Under the pieces are notes generated by a model. It did not search any database, was not told the DNA's origin, and saw nothing but the letters and a program-made list of their open reading frames with translations. Made by a program: the position numbers and the translations under genes. A stretch of DNA of 64,000 nt from contig CAXXMB010000001.1 of the NCBI GenBank assembly GCA_963668675.2, forward strand, positions 416,001-480,000, given 5' to 3'. The DNA is from an uncultured Desulfatitalea sp. (GTDB lineage: Bacteria; Desulfobacterota; Desulfobacteria; Desulfobacterales; Desulfosarcinaceae). Shown piece by piece: positions 9,082 to 18,834 of the stretch (position 1 is its first letter; the number at the start of each line of letters is the position of its first letter).

Positions 9082-10323
9082 ATGCACATCGGAAGAACAC
9101 TACCGCCTGCAGCTGCCCCGCTAGGCCTCAGAGATATTATCAACGGGCTTCGGGGGATGCTGCATCCAACAGCTGCCATAGCAGCCTTCGAGCGTTCGAT
9201 TCGCCGGTTTTTCCGAACCGACTATTGCTTTACCGTATCATCGGGTGCGGCCGCCCTGACGCTGATCCTGAGGGCAGCAAGAGAGTTGGCGCCATCAAGG
9301 GACATCGTCATCGTACCGGCATACACATGCTATTCTGTCCCGGCTTCTGTCAAACGGGCTGGACTGGAAATTCATCCTTGCGACATCGATCCTCACACCC
9401 TCGACTTCGATCATAAGCAGCTGGCCAGGACTCTGCAGATGAAAGCTGACCGGGTGCTTGCTGTGGTGCCGACCCACCTGTTCGGCTTTCCGGCCGATGT
9501 GAATCGTGTACGACAACTCATCGGCAAGGCACCGATCTTTGTGATCGAGGATGCGGCACAGGCAATGGGGGCTGTAGACTTCACAGGTTCCTTGGGGTTA
9601 TCCGGCGACATCGGCTTCTTTAGCCTGGGCCGCGGAAAAGCCTTTTCCACTATGGGGGGCGGTATCATCATTACCAACCACAAAGTATTGGGTATCGGAG
9701 TGGCTCAGCAGGTTGGGCAAAGTCCCGAACCCGGTATCCTGCAGACGGCGCGCACGGTTCTCATGGCACTCTTCGTATACGGACTCTCTGTGCCAGCGTT
9801 GTTTTGGCTGCCTAAAGCCATGCCGTTTTTGGGAATCGGCGAAACAGTCTATGATCCCGACTTTAGTATCAGCCATTTTTCAGGGTTCCAGGCCGGGCTT
9901 GCGCAAGGATGGGAAAAACGGCTGGCAAACTTTCAAGAGAGGCGAAAACGCAATGCTCAGCATTGGCGTAGTGTTATCGCCCACCTCCCAAATATGGTTG
10001 AGTTAGACTACCCTGATTTCATGTCCAATTTGATACGCTTCCCTCTGGCATTGGACCAAAGCGGACGTCGGAAAGCATTGCTGGAAAACAGCGAACGCCG
10101 GGGGCTTGGTATCATGCCAGGGTATCCGGATGCCATCACCCACATATCACAATTACGGCAGGAGATGGTCGGCTATGATTGCCCTCAAGCCAGGCGCACT
10201 GCCAAAAGCCTGGTGACATTGCCTGTCCATAGCTGGGTCGGGGCCGGAGACCGGGCTCGCATCGCAGCTGAACTCACCTTGGTGGACAAACCAAACGATT
10301 CGTACAAGGCGGTCCAGGCTTGA
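9082..10323 (+). CDS. DegT/DnrJ/EryC1/StrS family PLP-dependent aminotransferase-like protein
   Basis: PAYTC, THLFG, EDAAQA, FSLGRGK (PLP Lys), C-terminal LVTLPVH. Confidence 0.85.
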   Translation: MHIGRTLPPAAAPLGLRDIINGLRGMLHPTAAIAAFERSIRRFFRTDYCFTVSSGAAALTLILRAARELAPSRDIVIVPAYTCYSVPASVKRAGLEIHPCDIDPHTLDFDHKQLARTLQMKADRVLAVVPTHLFGFPADVNRVRQLIGKAPIFVIEDAAQAMGAVDFTGSLGLSGDIGFFSLGRGKAFSTMGGGIIITNHKVLGIGVAQQVGQSPEPGILQTARTVLMALFVYGLSVPALFWLPKAMPFLGIGETVYDPDFSISHFSGFQAGLAQGWEKRLANFQERRKRNAQHWRSVIAHLPNMVELDYPDFMSNLIRFPLALDQSGRRKALLENSERRGLGIMPGYPDAITHISQLRQEMVGYDCPQARRTAKSLVTLPVHSWVGAGDRARIAAELTLVDKPNDSYKAVQA

Positions 10324-11276
10324 AAACGAAACTTATCATCACGATCGATACGGAAGAGGATAATTGGGGGGCGTATCATTCCGGGGGGCACACCGTCCGA
10401 AACATAGCGCAGGTACCCAGGCTGCAGGCGCTCTTCGACCGTTACGGGGCCAAGCCCACCTATCTGGTCAACTGGCCGGTGATCATGGATGACAACGCCT
10501 GCAAAATTTTTAAAGCGATTCATCTCAGTGGCCGATGCGAAATCGGTTCCCACTGCCACCCATGGAATACGCCGCCGATCGAGGAGGAGATGAGCAGCTA
10601 TAATTCGATGATGTGCAATCTGCCCGAGCGACTCGTCAAAGCAAAAATGGCCAACCTGGCATATCGCACTCGCGAGCGGTTGGAAGTCGCTACCACATCG
10701 TTTCGTGCGGGTCGATGGGCACTGGGGCGACACGTGGCCGAGTCATTGATCGAAAACGGATATACGGTCGACTCATCGGTGTCGCCGGCAGTCGATTGGC
10801 GAGACGATTTCGGGCCGGACTATTCGGACGCAAATGACAAACCCTACCGGTTTAGTCCGGAAGCTGTTCTGAAGGTCAACGGCAATGGGCCTCTTTTGGA
10901 AATCCCGGCCTCGGTCGGATTTTTCCAAAAACACGACGCCATCCTCCGTATATTGAGAAGAACACTGACCAAACCTGGCATGCGCCGCCTGCATCTGATC
11001 GGTGTTCTGGAGCATCTCCACTTAATGAACTTCAGGTGGTTGTCGCCTGAACTGAGCCCGGCCGATGATATGATCGCACTCTCTCGAGCACTGATCGCTA
11101 AGGGCAGCCCAATTCTTAACCTCTCATTCCACTCCACAACCTTAGCGCCGGGCATGTCACCCTATGTGAAATCCGAAGAAGATCTGGAAGGCTTCTTACA
11201 TAGGATTGAGAGAATGCTTGAATTCGCAGTGCAAAACGATATCGAATTTACAACCCTTGCAGGGCAGGCCGGATGA
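10320..11276 (+). CDS. Polysaccharide deacetylase-like (WalW-type NodB-fold) protein
   Basis: ITIDTEED, EIGSHCHPWNTPP, SFRAGRW, DSSV, WLSPE, SFHSTTL; TTG start overlaps the upstream stop. Confidence 0.82.
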   Translation: MKTKLIITIDTEEDNWGAYHSGGHTVRNIAQVPRLQALFDRYGAKPTYLVNWPVIMDDNACKIFKAIHLSGRCEIGSHCHPWNTPPIEEEMSSYNSMMCNLPERLVKAKMANLAYRTRERLEVATTSFRAGRWALGRHVAESLIENGYTVDSSVSPAVDWRDDFGPDYSDANDKPYRFSPEAVLKVNGNGPLLEIPASVGFFQKHDAILRILRRTLTKPGMRRLHLIGVLEHLHLMNFRWLSPELSPADDMIALSRALIAKGSPILNLSFHSTTLAPGMSPYVKSEEDLEGFLHRIERMLEFAVQNDIEFTTLAGQAG

Positions 11277-11325
11277 GTCCAGCAGACGTTGTCATGCACC
11301 TGTACATTATTGAAAAATCTTGGTG

Positions 11326-12231
11326 ATGAAGATGCAAGTACAATCCCACCACCACGCCACGGCAACCGCCGACACGACTGCTAATGCCATAGCTTATCGA
11401 CGTGAGAACTGGCTTATGGGGGCAGCATTGCTGGGCGCCCTGGGCATCGCTTACTTCCATACGATTCAATGGCTGTTTCATCGATTCATAGCGCCGGACA
11501 GCTACTATTCCCACGGCTTCATTGTACCGTTGATTAGCCTATATTTCGTTTGGAAAAAGCGCACCTCGCTCGATTACGCTGAACATGAAACAGGCAAAAT
11601 CGGCGGCGCCTTGGTGATAACGGCCCTCCTTGTGCATCTCTTGGGAACGGTGCTGTACATCTTTTCCCTGTCCGGTTTGTCTCTATTTATAGTGATCGTT
11701 GGAAGCGTGTGGTTTTTTTTCGGTAAAGAGGGGTTTAAGCAGATACTTTTTCCAATTGGATTTCTGCTGTTCATGTTCCCGGTTCCGGAAGCCGTCTTGA
11801 CTGGCATTTCGTTTCCTCTAAAAATGGTGGTTGCAAATATCAGCGTGTTTGCCGTCAGGCTGATGGGAATTCCGGTTCTGCAGGAAGGATTCCAAATCAC
11901 CATTCCTGCCGGTAAGCTGCTTGTCGGGAATCCTTGCAGCGGGCTGCGTTCGATAATCGCCTTTCTGGCGATTGCGTCCATCTTCGCATATTTGAGACCA
12001 TTGACCCTGACAAATAAAGTCCTATTCTTCTTCAGCGCCATACCCATCGCGATGATTGCCAATGTGCTTCGGGTCCTGTTTTTGATCTTGGTTTCGCATT
12101 TTTGGGGATTGGAAGTGGCGCGGCCCGAAAGCTTCTGGCATACGGCTTCAGGAATCGGGCTGTTTGTCATTGGCCTTCTTCTGCTGTTTATAACCGGAAA
12201 TATACTCGATGCCCGTGAAAACAAGAAATAG
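11326..12231 (+). CDS. xrt: Exosortase (EpsH family)
   Basis: Multi-pass membrane protein; YSHGFIVP, NPCSGLRS (catalytic Cys), ANVLRV (Arg), FWHTASG (His). Exact start uncertain (11320-11332). Confidence 0.92.
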   Translation: MKMQVQSHHHATATADTTANAIAYRRENWLMGAALLGALGIAYFHTIQWLFHRFIAPDSYYSHGFIVPLISLYFVWKKRTSLDYAEHETGKIGGALVITALLVHLLGTVLYIFSLSGLSLFIVIVGSVWFFFGKEGFKQILFPIGFLLFMFPVPEAVLTGISFPLKMVVANISVFAVRLMGIPVLQEGFQITIPAGKLLVGNPCSGLRSIIAFLAIASIFAYLRPLTLTNKVLFFFSAIPIAMIANVLRVLFLILVSHFWGLEVARPESFWHTASGIGLFVIGLLLLFITGNILDARENKK

Positions 12232-12844
12232 ATATATTTTTATTATCGCCGCGCTTTTGCTCTCGTGCGTCCCGGTTTATCTGCTGCAGTATGACGGTTT
12301 TCAGCCAACGACGCAGGGCGACCCGTCAATAGAGGCCATTCCCATTAATATACAAAAATGGCAGGGGAATGATGTCGCCCTGGAACAGTGGGTCTATGAG
12401 TTGTTGGAAACCCCCTCGATTATTCATCGCAGCTATTTGAAAAATGATCAGCGCGTTTTTCTCTCCGTCGTTCATTATGCCGATACAAAGGTGGGATTTC
12501 ATGCACCTGAAGCCTGCCTTGGCGCCCAAGGCCTCGAGCTGTCCAAAAATGACAGCCAGATTCCATTGGAACGAGCTGCAGCGCTGGGGGTCAATGAGCT
12601 GGTCTATCAGCGTGCCCAGTACCGTGAACTGGTTTACTACTTCTACAAGGCAGGAAACTACATGGGGGACAGCTATCTGAATTTGCGGTTAAACATCGCG
12701 TACAACAAGCTTTTCTCCGGCACGAAAAGCGGTTCATTGATCCGGGTTTCAACGCCCGTCAGGGACGATACCATGAAATTCGCAAGACAAACCCTATCCG
12801 ATTTTATCAATGCAATTCATCCATTCGTTCTCTCAGGATTGTAA
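12209..12844 (+). CDS. epsI: EpsI family exosortase-associated protein
   Basis: N-terminal TM, IPINIQKWQG, HAPEACL, LVYYFY, GSLIRVSTP; overlaps the exosortase end. Confidence 0.85.
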   Translation: MPVKTRNRYIFIIAALLLSCVPVYLLQYDGFQPTTQGDPSIEAIPINIQKWQGNDVALEQWVYELLETPSIIHRSYLKNDQRVFLSVVHYADTKVGFHAPEACLGAQGLELSKNDSQIPLERAAALGVNELVYQRAQYRELVYYFYKAGNYMGDSYLNLRLNIAYNKLFSGTKSGSLIRVSTPVRDDTMKFARQTLSDFINAIHPFVLSGL

Positions 12845-12847
12845 TCG

Positions 12848-12981
12848 TGACGAACTCATAAAAAGTCGTCATGCGTCATGCCGGACTTGATCCGGCATCC
12901 AGGAACCATTGAAAAGACTGGATTCCGGCCTTCGCCGGAATGACGGGAAAGGCGCTTCTGCTACTTTTTACGAGATCATCA
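12848..12981. repeat. Family F TIR element (TGAYGAACTCRTAAAAAGT...ACTTTTTACGAGWTCATCA) enclosing paired GTCATGCCGG palindromes
   Basis: Terminal inverted repeats visible; related copies at about 42402, 52715 and 59439. Confidence 0.8.
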
Positions 12982-13016
12982 ATCGTAAACCACACACCCA
13001 AAAGGGAGGAGACGAT

Positions 13017-13829
13017 ATGAAAACCCAACAAAGCATGACGCCCAACGGCTCGTGGGAATACCTCCGCTCCATAGGAGTTCCCGATATGCCACCTCGAACC
13101 TCGCCTTTCGATCCAGGCTACGATCCACTGACTTTGATCAGTCATTTGGAGCAAAGCGCCCATCTCATTTCGGTCCTGAAAATATCAATGGCTTGCTGGC
13201 AGGTGGCCACTGAAGAAGCCACGCGCAAGAAAATTGATGCAGCACGCCGGATCGGTCTCAAGGTGTGCACCGGAGGCGGGCCCTTCGAAGTGGCCGCAAC
13301 ATTTGGTAAGATCCCTGAGTTCATGGACTTATGTTCCGGAATGCGTTTTACGCGCATCGAAGCGGGGGAAGGGTTTACTGAAACCCAACTCGATCCCCAT
13401 CACATCGTTAAAATGGCCGAAGAGCGGGGGCTGGAAGTTCAATTCGAAGTCGGCAAGAAACACGACGGAAGCTTCACAGCCGATATCGTCGGTGAACTGA
13501 TCGATCAGGGCAAACGGTGGTTGGATGCCGGTGCTAAAGAGATCGTCGTGGAAGCACGTGAAAACGCCGAGAATGTGGGCGTATTCGGCGACAAGGGCAG
13601 TTTCAACGCCAAGGCGGCCGATCGCTTCGCAGAGGCCTTCGGGTTGGATGTCGCCATCTACGAAGCTCCCAATAAACCCAGCCAGTTCGCCCTGCTGAAC
13701 CACTTCGGACCCGAGGTTCAGCTGAGCAACATACGAATCGAAGAGCTTTTGCGCGTTGAAATCTACCGCCGCGGACTGCACTCGGATGCGTTTCAACACG
13801 AGAATCTGAAGCCGGCCGGTCCCGCTTGA
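13017..13829 (+). CDS. comA: Phosphosulfolactate synthase (ComA family)
   Basis: TGGGPFE, EVGKK, VEARE, YEAPNKPSQ, FGPEVQLSNI, EIYRRGL motifs; GGAGG RBS before ATG 13017. Confidence 0.85.
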   Translation: MKTQQSMTPNGSWEYLRSIGVPDMPPRTSPFDPGYDPLTLISHLEQSAHLISVLKISMACWQVATEEATRKKIDAARRIGLKVCTGGGPFEVAATFGKIPEFMDLCSGMRFTRIEAGEGFTETQLDPHHIVKMAEERGLEVQFEVGKKHDGSFTADIVGELIDQGKRWLDAGAKEIVVEARENAENVGVFGDKGSFNAKAADRFAEAFGLDVAIYEAPNKPSQFALLNHFGPEVQLSNIRIEELLRVEIYRRGLHSDAFQHENLKPAGPA

Positions 13830-13862
13830 CCGAACAGAAGCACTATCAGGAAAGGAAACGCC

Positions 13863-14597
13863 ATGAGCAAAACATTCGTGATCGACGCTTTCCCGGAATC
13901 CGCAGCTCTCTATAAAGACAACTACGCCATCGCGGTGATCGATGTCATTCGGGCCACCACCACAGCGACCACCTCCGTCAGATATGGGCGCAAGGTCTTC
14001 CCAGTGAAAGATACCGACAGTGCCTTCATTCTTGCCGACAAAATGCGGGATGCCCTTCTGGTAGGAGAACTGGGTGGTAATGTTCCTTACGGTTTCCATA
14101 CAACCAACAGCCCGCTTCAGATGGCAGCCCTCGAGCTGATACCCTGCGGACCTTTCTCCGATACGCGCCGACCAATTATTCTACTCTCTTCATCGGGGAC
14201 CCAGCTCTTGCTCAATGCCGCCGGCGCGGATGCGGTCTACCTCGCCTGTTTCAGAAATTTTTCAGCTGTTGCCGCCCATTTGGCCACCCACCACAGCAAA
14301 GTCGCCCTGTTGGGCGCCGGCACCCGTGGACAATTCCGGCGGGAAGATCAGATATGCTGTGCACTGGTCGGGAAGAAATTGATCGCCGCCGGCTTCGAGC
14401 CCGAAAACAAGAGCACCACCGACACAATCTCCCGTTGGGATGGTGTGCACATCGACGTGGTGAGGGAAGGTCGCAGTGCGGAGTACCTTCACAGAACAGG
14501 GCAGGTGCCGGATCTGGAGTTCGTTCTCAACCACATCGACGATTTAGGCACGGTGCCTCAATTTATTGATGGTAGATTGATCAACGCCACAGCTTGA
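13863..14597 (+). CDS. comB: 2-phosphosulfolactate phosphatase (ComB family)
   Basis: VIDVIRATT, GELGG...NSP, SSSGT (cf. TTNGT), EDQICC; adjacent to comA. Confidence 0.85.
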   Translation: MSKTFVIDAFPESAALYKDNYAIAVIDVIRATTTATTSVRYGRKVFPVKDTDSAFILADKMRDALLVGELGGNVPYGFHTTNSPLQMAALELIPCGPFSDTRRPIILLSSSGTQLLLNAAGADAVYLACFRNFSAVAAHLATHHSKVALLGAGTRGQFRREDQICCALVGKKLIAAGFEPENKSTTDTISRWDGVHIDVVREGRSAEYLHRTGQVPDLEFVLNHIDDLGTVPQFIDGRLINATA

Positions 14598-14694
14598 GTA
14601 AAATAGAGTCGAATCTTATCTTAAAAGTATTCACTTCTCACATTCGATTTGGTCTTTTCAAAAAAAACCGCAAATCATACAAGGTACTAACCCC

Positions 14695-15750
14695 ATGCTG
14701 CTTAAAATCGAACGATGGATGGCAAGGATCAACATGATCCTGGAAATCTACCGTAATAAATCGGGTCAAGTGTACGTGGAGGATCGGATTTCCGAGTACA
14801 GGGAGATGTGGCGCGCCGCTGCCGAAAAGCAGGGCGCCGCATTCCTGGAGGTGTGCGAGGACATATGGGAAGTCGAATTGAACGGCCGTCGCTCTCGGAT
14901 CAAAAACGATATTCTGGAATTCGACAACCCGGTGACCCTGGACATTGCCGGACGCAAGCCGTTGATCTACAGAATGCTTAGTGAAAAGGGATTGCCGGTA
15001 CCCGACTATTTGGTGTTTCACTATGATGAACTGGAACGTGCAGGTCGGTTTCTACAGACCCATCCCCTCGGCTGCGCTGTCAAGCCAGCCAACGGGACCT
15101 CTTCCGGCCGCGGTGTTACCACCCACGTCACCACCACAAAAGAGCTGCGAAAGGCGGCGATCCTGGCGTCGCTCTATTGTCGGGAGGTGTTGATTGAACC
15201 GATGATCGCCGGCGAATGCTATCGACTGCTCGTGCTTGACGGGCAAGTCGTGCATGCCGTGTGCCGGCGCGGCCACAGACTCACCGGAGACGGCCGCTTA
15301 AGCGTATCCCAGTTGATCCGTGAGGAGAACGAGCGGCTGAAGCAAAACGGTAAATCGGCGCTTGACATCGATCGTGACTGCCAGTTCAGCCTGGCGTACC
15401 AAGGCTTGACCCTGGAGGCAGTTCCCGAAAAGGACAGGGACATCATCGTGAAAAGCGTGGATACCAGTTCCCGGGACTTCAGAGAGGTGCGCACGGTCTA
15501 TAATAGTGTGGTCACCGATGCCGTTTGCACCGACATGATCCAAAAGGCTCGGGAAGCGGCAGAGGTACTGCGCTCCCGGTTCGTTGGTGTCGATTTTATC
15601 ACAGCCGACGCAAGCAAACCACTGGCCGATACGGGCGGCGTGATCAACGAAGTCAACACGACCCCGGGACTGCATCACCACTACGATAGCGAAAGTGAGA
15701 AGTTCCCGGCGGTGGCACCGATGATTCTGGAGGCATTGCTGCAGAATTAA
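14695..15750 (+). CDS. Stand-alone ATP-grasp ligase resembling the cyanophycin synthetase/GshF ATP-grasp domain
   Basis: VKPANGTSSGRGVTT, IEPMIAGECYRLLV, LTGDGRLSVSQLI, GVDFIT, INEVNTTPGL; no Mur-ligase domain. Confidence 0.8.
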   Translation: MLLKIERWMARINMILEIYRNKSGQVYVEDRISEYREMWRAAAEKQGAAFLEVCEDIWEVELNGRRSRIKNDILEFDNPVTLDIAGRKPLIYRMLSEKGLPVPDYLVFHYDELERAGRFLQTHPLGCAVKPANGTSSGRGVTTHVTTTKELRKAAILASLYCREVLIEPMIAGECYRLLVLDGQVVHAVCRRGHRLTGDGRLSVSQLIREENERLKQNGKSALDIDRDCQFSLAYQGLTLEAVPEKDRDIIVKSVDTSSRDFREVRTVYNSVVTDAVCTDMIQKAREAAEVLRSRFVGVDFITADASKPLADTGGVINEVNTTPGLHHHYDSESEKFPAVAPMILEALLQN

Positions 15751-16189
15751 ATCCGAAATTCGAAACAAATCCGAATGACCAAAATTCGAAACGAGCCTAT
15801 TTGCCAAATACAGGCTCAAGCCGGCGGCTCTGGGACTCTTAGTCGTAATGCAGCTACTTCCAAGTATAAAGTTTGAATTCAACTCTGGTGACCTGAGGTT
15901 CTCACGTTATCAATCCGGGCGGGGATAAACCCCGCCCCTACACGGATCACGCTCACTCTTCGTAGGGGCGGGCTTTATGCCCGCCCGCTGTGCTGGATCC
16001 AATTCTTCAGGACCTGAATCCCGGCCTTCGCCGGGATGACGGAAAAATGGCCGGGATGACGGATAAATGACCGGGATGACGAAAATGGTCGGGATGCTGC
16101 GCAAGACATGTTTCGAATTTTGAGTTTTGGTCATTCGAATTTGTTTCGGATTTCGAAATTCGGATTTCGGATTTCCTCTTAAGGTATTC
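15748..16189. repeat. Composite intergenic element: family C heptamer arms, a GTAG-type REP pair and tandem CCGGGATGAC units
   Basis: Starts at the TAA stop (taaatccgaaattcgaaacaaatccg); REPs at 15917-15941 and 15962-15986; ~20-bp tandem at 16031-16097; ends ...ttcggatttcc..aaggtattc. Confidence 0.8.
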
Positions 16190-16226
16190 TACCGAATTTA
16201 TCTTTAACTCAGGAGTTGCCCCTTAG

Positions 16227-17654
16227 TTGTTATTTAATTCACTAATATTTATACTATTTGGCAGCCTTTTCTTCCTGATTTGGCCTTTTCTGAGCAGAAC
16301 GAGGCAGACCCGCTGGATCTTTCTGATCGCTGCCTCGTTTGTCTTCTACGGCTGGTGGGACTGGCGGTTTCTCTTTTTGATCATCTTCAGCGGCGGCATC
16401 GACTTTTTGGCCGCACTGGCGATCGAACGCTACCCGCAGCGCAAAAAGCCTTTTCTGGTGCTGTCGCTTGCCGGCAATTTAGGCGCCCTGGGGATCTTCA
16501 AGTACAGTCGGTTTATCGCAGAAAATCTGGATCTGGGGCTGGCCGCGCTGAACCTGCCGTTTCGTTTGACGGGAGCTATTCCTCCGTTCCTCGGAATGGT
16601 TCCGGTCGGCATCAGTTTTTATACGTTTCAGTCGTTGAGCTATAGCATCGACGTCTACCGGGGGGAGCTTCGCCCGACGCGCAATCCGTTCCACTTTTTC
16701 GCTTATCTGGCCATGTTCCCTCAACTGGTGGCCGGGCCCATCGTGAGGGCTGCCGACCTGTTGCCTCAGTTGGAGCAAATGCCCAAAACAACACCGGAAG
16801 ACCGTTCCGAAGGGCTGCGCCTTATCGTTCACGGCTACTTCAAAAAGATGGTCATCGCCGATAACATGGCCCCGATGGTAGATGCGGCTTTCGGCAGCGC
16901 TTCCCTTGAAACCTCCAGCATATACTGGTGGTTGATTGTAACCATGTTTGCCTTGCAGATCTATTGCGACTTCAGCGGATACAGCGACATCGCCCGCGGG
17001 CTCGCGCGTTGGATGGGATTCCGATTCTCCTTGAACTTCAACCATCCTTACGCGTCCCGGAGCCTGAGAGAGTTCTGGCAGCGGTGGCACATCTCTCTTT
17101 CAACCTGGTTTAGAGACTACGTCTACATTCCTTTGGGTGGATCTAAAGTCGGCGGGCCGCAAACCTATCGCAACCTCTGGATCACCATGATGCTCTCCGG
17201 GCTGTGGCATGGTGCGGCGTGGACATTTCTGGCGTGGTCAGCCGTGCACTCCCTTTTTCTAAGCATAGAGCGATCGACCGGATGGACACGGCGCCTGGCC
17301 CGCCACAAGGGAGCCTCACTGCTGCTTACATCGATCGTCCTCGTACAGGTCTGGGTCGCATGGGTCTTCTTTCGGGCCGAGAGCATGGGGCAGGCAATCG
17401 CGATCCTGGGTCATATGTTCTCATTTCGCATGACCGCCTTTCAGCCGGTAGACGCTCTGCTGTTCATGAAAGCCGCTTTTCTGGCCATCTTCTGGCTGGC
17501 GATAGAGCTGGGAATCGGCTTCCGGCTGCCGGAAAGGTTCGGGGCGGCCGCTATCCGCAGCCGATGGGCTGTTGAAATACGGTTGGCGCTGATGATCACT
17601 GCCTGCCTCTTTATGCGCGGACCGGGCAGCGCATTTATATACTTCCAATTCTGA
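16227..17654 (+). CDS. MBOAT family O-acyltransferase (AlgI/PatA-like)
   Basis: MLFNS, SFVFYGWW, PVGISFYTFQ, FPQLVAGPI, QIYCDFSGYSDIA, FWQRWHISLS, GLWHGA (catalytic His), FIYFQF end. Confidence 0.95.
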   Translation: MLFNSLIFILFGSLFFLIWPFLSRTRQTRWIFLIAASFVFYGWWDWRFLFLIIFSGGIDFLAALAIERYPQRKKPFLVLSLAGNLGALGIFKYSRFIAENLDLGLAALNLPFRLTGAIPPFLGMVPVGISFYTFQSLSYSIDVYRGELRPTRNPFHFFAYLAMFPQLVAGPIVRAADLLPQLEQMPKTTPEDRSEGLRLIVHGYFKKMVIADNMAPMVDAAFGSASLETSSIYWWLIVTMFALQIYCDFSGYSDIARGLARWMGFRFSLNFNHPYASRSLREFWQRWHISLSTWFRDYVYIPLGGSKVGGPQTYRNLWITMMLSGLWHGAAWTFLAWSAVHSLFLSIERSTGWTRRLARHKGASLLLTSIVLVQVWVAWVFFRAESMGQAIAILGHMFSFRMTAFQPVDALLFMKAAFLAIFWLAIELGIGFRLPERFGAAAIRSRWAVEIRLALMITACLFMRGPGSAFIYFQF

Positions 17655-17669
17655 CGAACGGGTGCCGCC

Positions 17670-18626
17670 ATGCAACAACCTCGACTCTCACATACAATCG
17701 TGGCTGCGGCCATTCTCATCACGGTCGCCGGTATGTCGGCTCCCGCTTCACCGTGGATCAACACGGGCGTTCCGAATGACGCCTTCTGGATCACCAAGGC
17801 GTTTCACGACAGAACCTATGATATGGTGGTGGCCGGAGATTCCCGGGTCTTGAAGGGAATTTCCCCCCGCGCCATGGAAAAGGTGCTCGAGGGAGTGACG
17901 ATCTTCAACTACGGCTTCGATCACAACGCGTACACCCAGGTCTACCTGAGTGCAACCGAGTCGCTCGTGGACCAAAGAAGCCAGCGAAAGGCGATTCTTC
18001 TGGGGATATCGCCCCAATCATTGACCCAAGAGGCCGCCCAGCGCAACGGCTTTCTCGCATTACGCGAAAGCGACCGCTTCAAGCGATTTAAAATGCGCTA
18101 TGTGCAGCCCTATCTCAACTTTTTCGAGCCGTACAACCTTTACCAGATTTTCGAAATCGTGCGCGGCATTCCGCCCGTGCTTTACTACCAGCACCACACA
18201 CCGGATGGTTGGGTTGCCAGTCATAAAGAGCCCGAAGACCCCTTCTACCAGATCCGGCGCTACCAAGGGCGCTTCGATAACAATCAGGTCTCTCCCATGC
18301 TGACCCAACAGCTTCTCGACTACGTCCGGCGCTGGCGCAAAGCAGGCATCGACGTATTCGCAATGCGCCTGCCCACATCTCCGGCCATGCTGGCACTGGA
18401 GAACAGCCAGAGCGGCTTCGATCAGGAGCGTTTTGTTGCAGAGGTCGAAAAGGCCGGCGCTACTTGGATAGAACTGGAACAAACCGGCTATCACAGTTAC
18501 GACGGTAGCCACCTGCGCAAGGATGCGGCCATCGAGCTCTCCATCCAGATCGCCCGAAAGCTCGAATCCAGGATCGTGACCGATAGGCAGCAGGCCAAAA
18601 GCGGCCGCAACGCCCATATGCAGTAA
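17670..18626 (+). CDS. Periplasmic SGNH-like acyltransferase partner of the MBOAT (AlgJ/DltD-like)
   Basis: N-terminal hydrophobic anchor, GDSR block I, DGSHL (DxxH); immediately follows the MBOAT. Confidence 0.7.
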   Translation: MQQPRLSHTIVAAAILITVAGMSAPASPWINTGVPNDAFWITKAFHDRTYDMVVAGDSRVLKGISPRAMEKVLEGVTIFNYGFDHNAYTQVYLSATESLVDQRSQRKAILLGISPQSLTQEAAQRNGFLALRESDRFKRFKMRYVQPYLNFFEPYNLYQIFEIVRGIPPVLYYQHHTPDGWVASHKEPEDPFYQIRRYQGRFDNNQVSPMLTQQLLDYVRRWRKAGIDVFAMRLPTSPAMLALENSQSGFDQERFVAEVEKAGATWIELEQTGYHSYDGSHLRKDAAIELSIQIARKLESRIVTDRQQAKSGRNAHMQ

Positions 18627-18649
18627 TACCAAATTGTGGTGTTGCACCT

Positions 18650-18785
18650 GGCTCCAAAAAGTCCCCCTTTTCCAAAGGGGGATATAGGGGGATTCCTACC
18701 ATAACCGCAAATAGACATTTAATGCAGTTGGTTATCACGAAATGTCGAAAATCCCCCCAGCCCCCTTTGGAAAAGGGGGAGACGC
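18650..18785. repeat. CCCCCTTT(N2-3)AAAGGGGG hairpin pair, related to the family B interior
   Basis: gtcccccttttccaaagggggatatagggggatt ... atccccccagccccctttggaaaaggggga. Confidence 0.7.
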
Positions 18786-18834
18786 TGCAAAGGCAATATG
18801 ATCAATTGCAAAGCACCGATAACAGGAAAATGAC

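Noticed and set aside
12909..13016. ORF-track N-terminal extensions of comA (and likewise at 3391, 6731, 38044, 50001, 52788)
   Set aside because: The extensions run through repeat elements or the upstream gene; downstream ATGs fit the family N-termini better.
13017..14597. Coenzyme M biosynthesis operon
   Set aside because: No comC/comDE or CoM-using genes in the window, and the context is entirely glycan biosynthesis.
14695..15750. Cyanophycin synthetase cphA
   Set aside because: Only 351 aa, no Mur-ligase domain and no cyanophycinase neighbour.
15748..16189. Possible CRISPR array from repeated CCGGGATGAC and heptamer units
   Set aside because: No constant 25-45 bp repeats with unique spacers and no cas genes; the units belong to a dispersed palindromic element.
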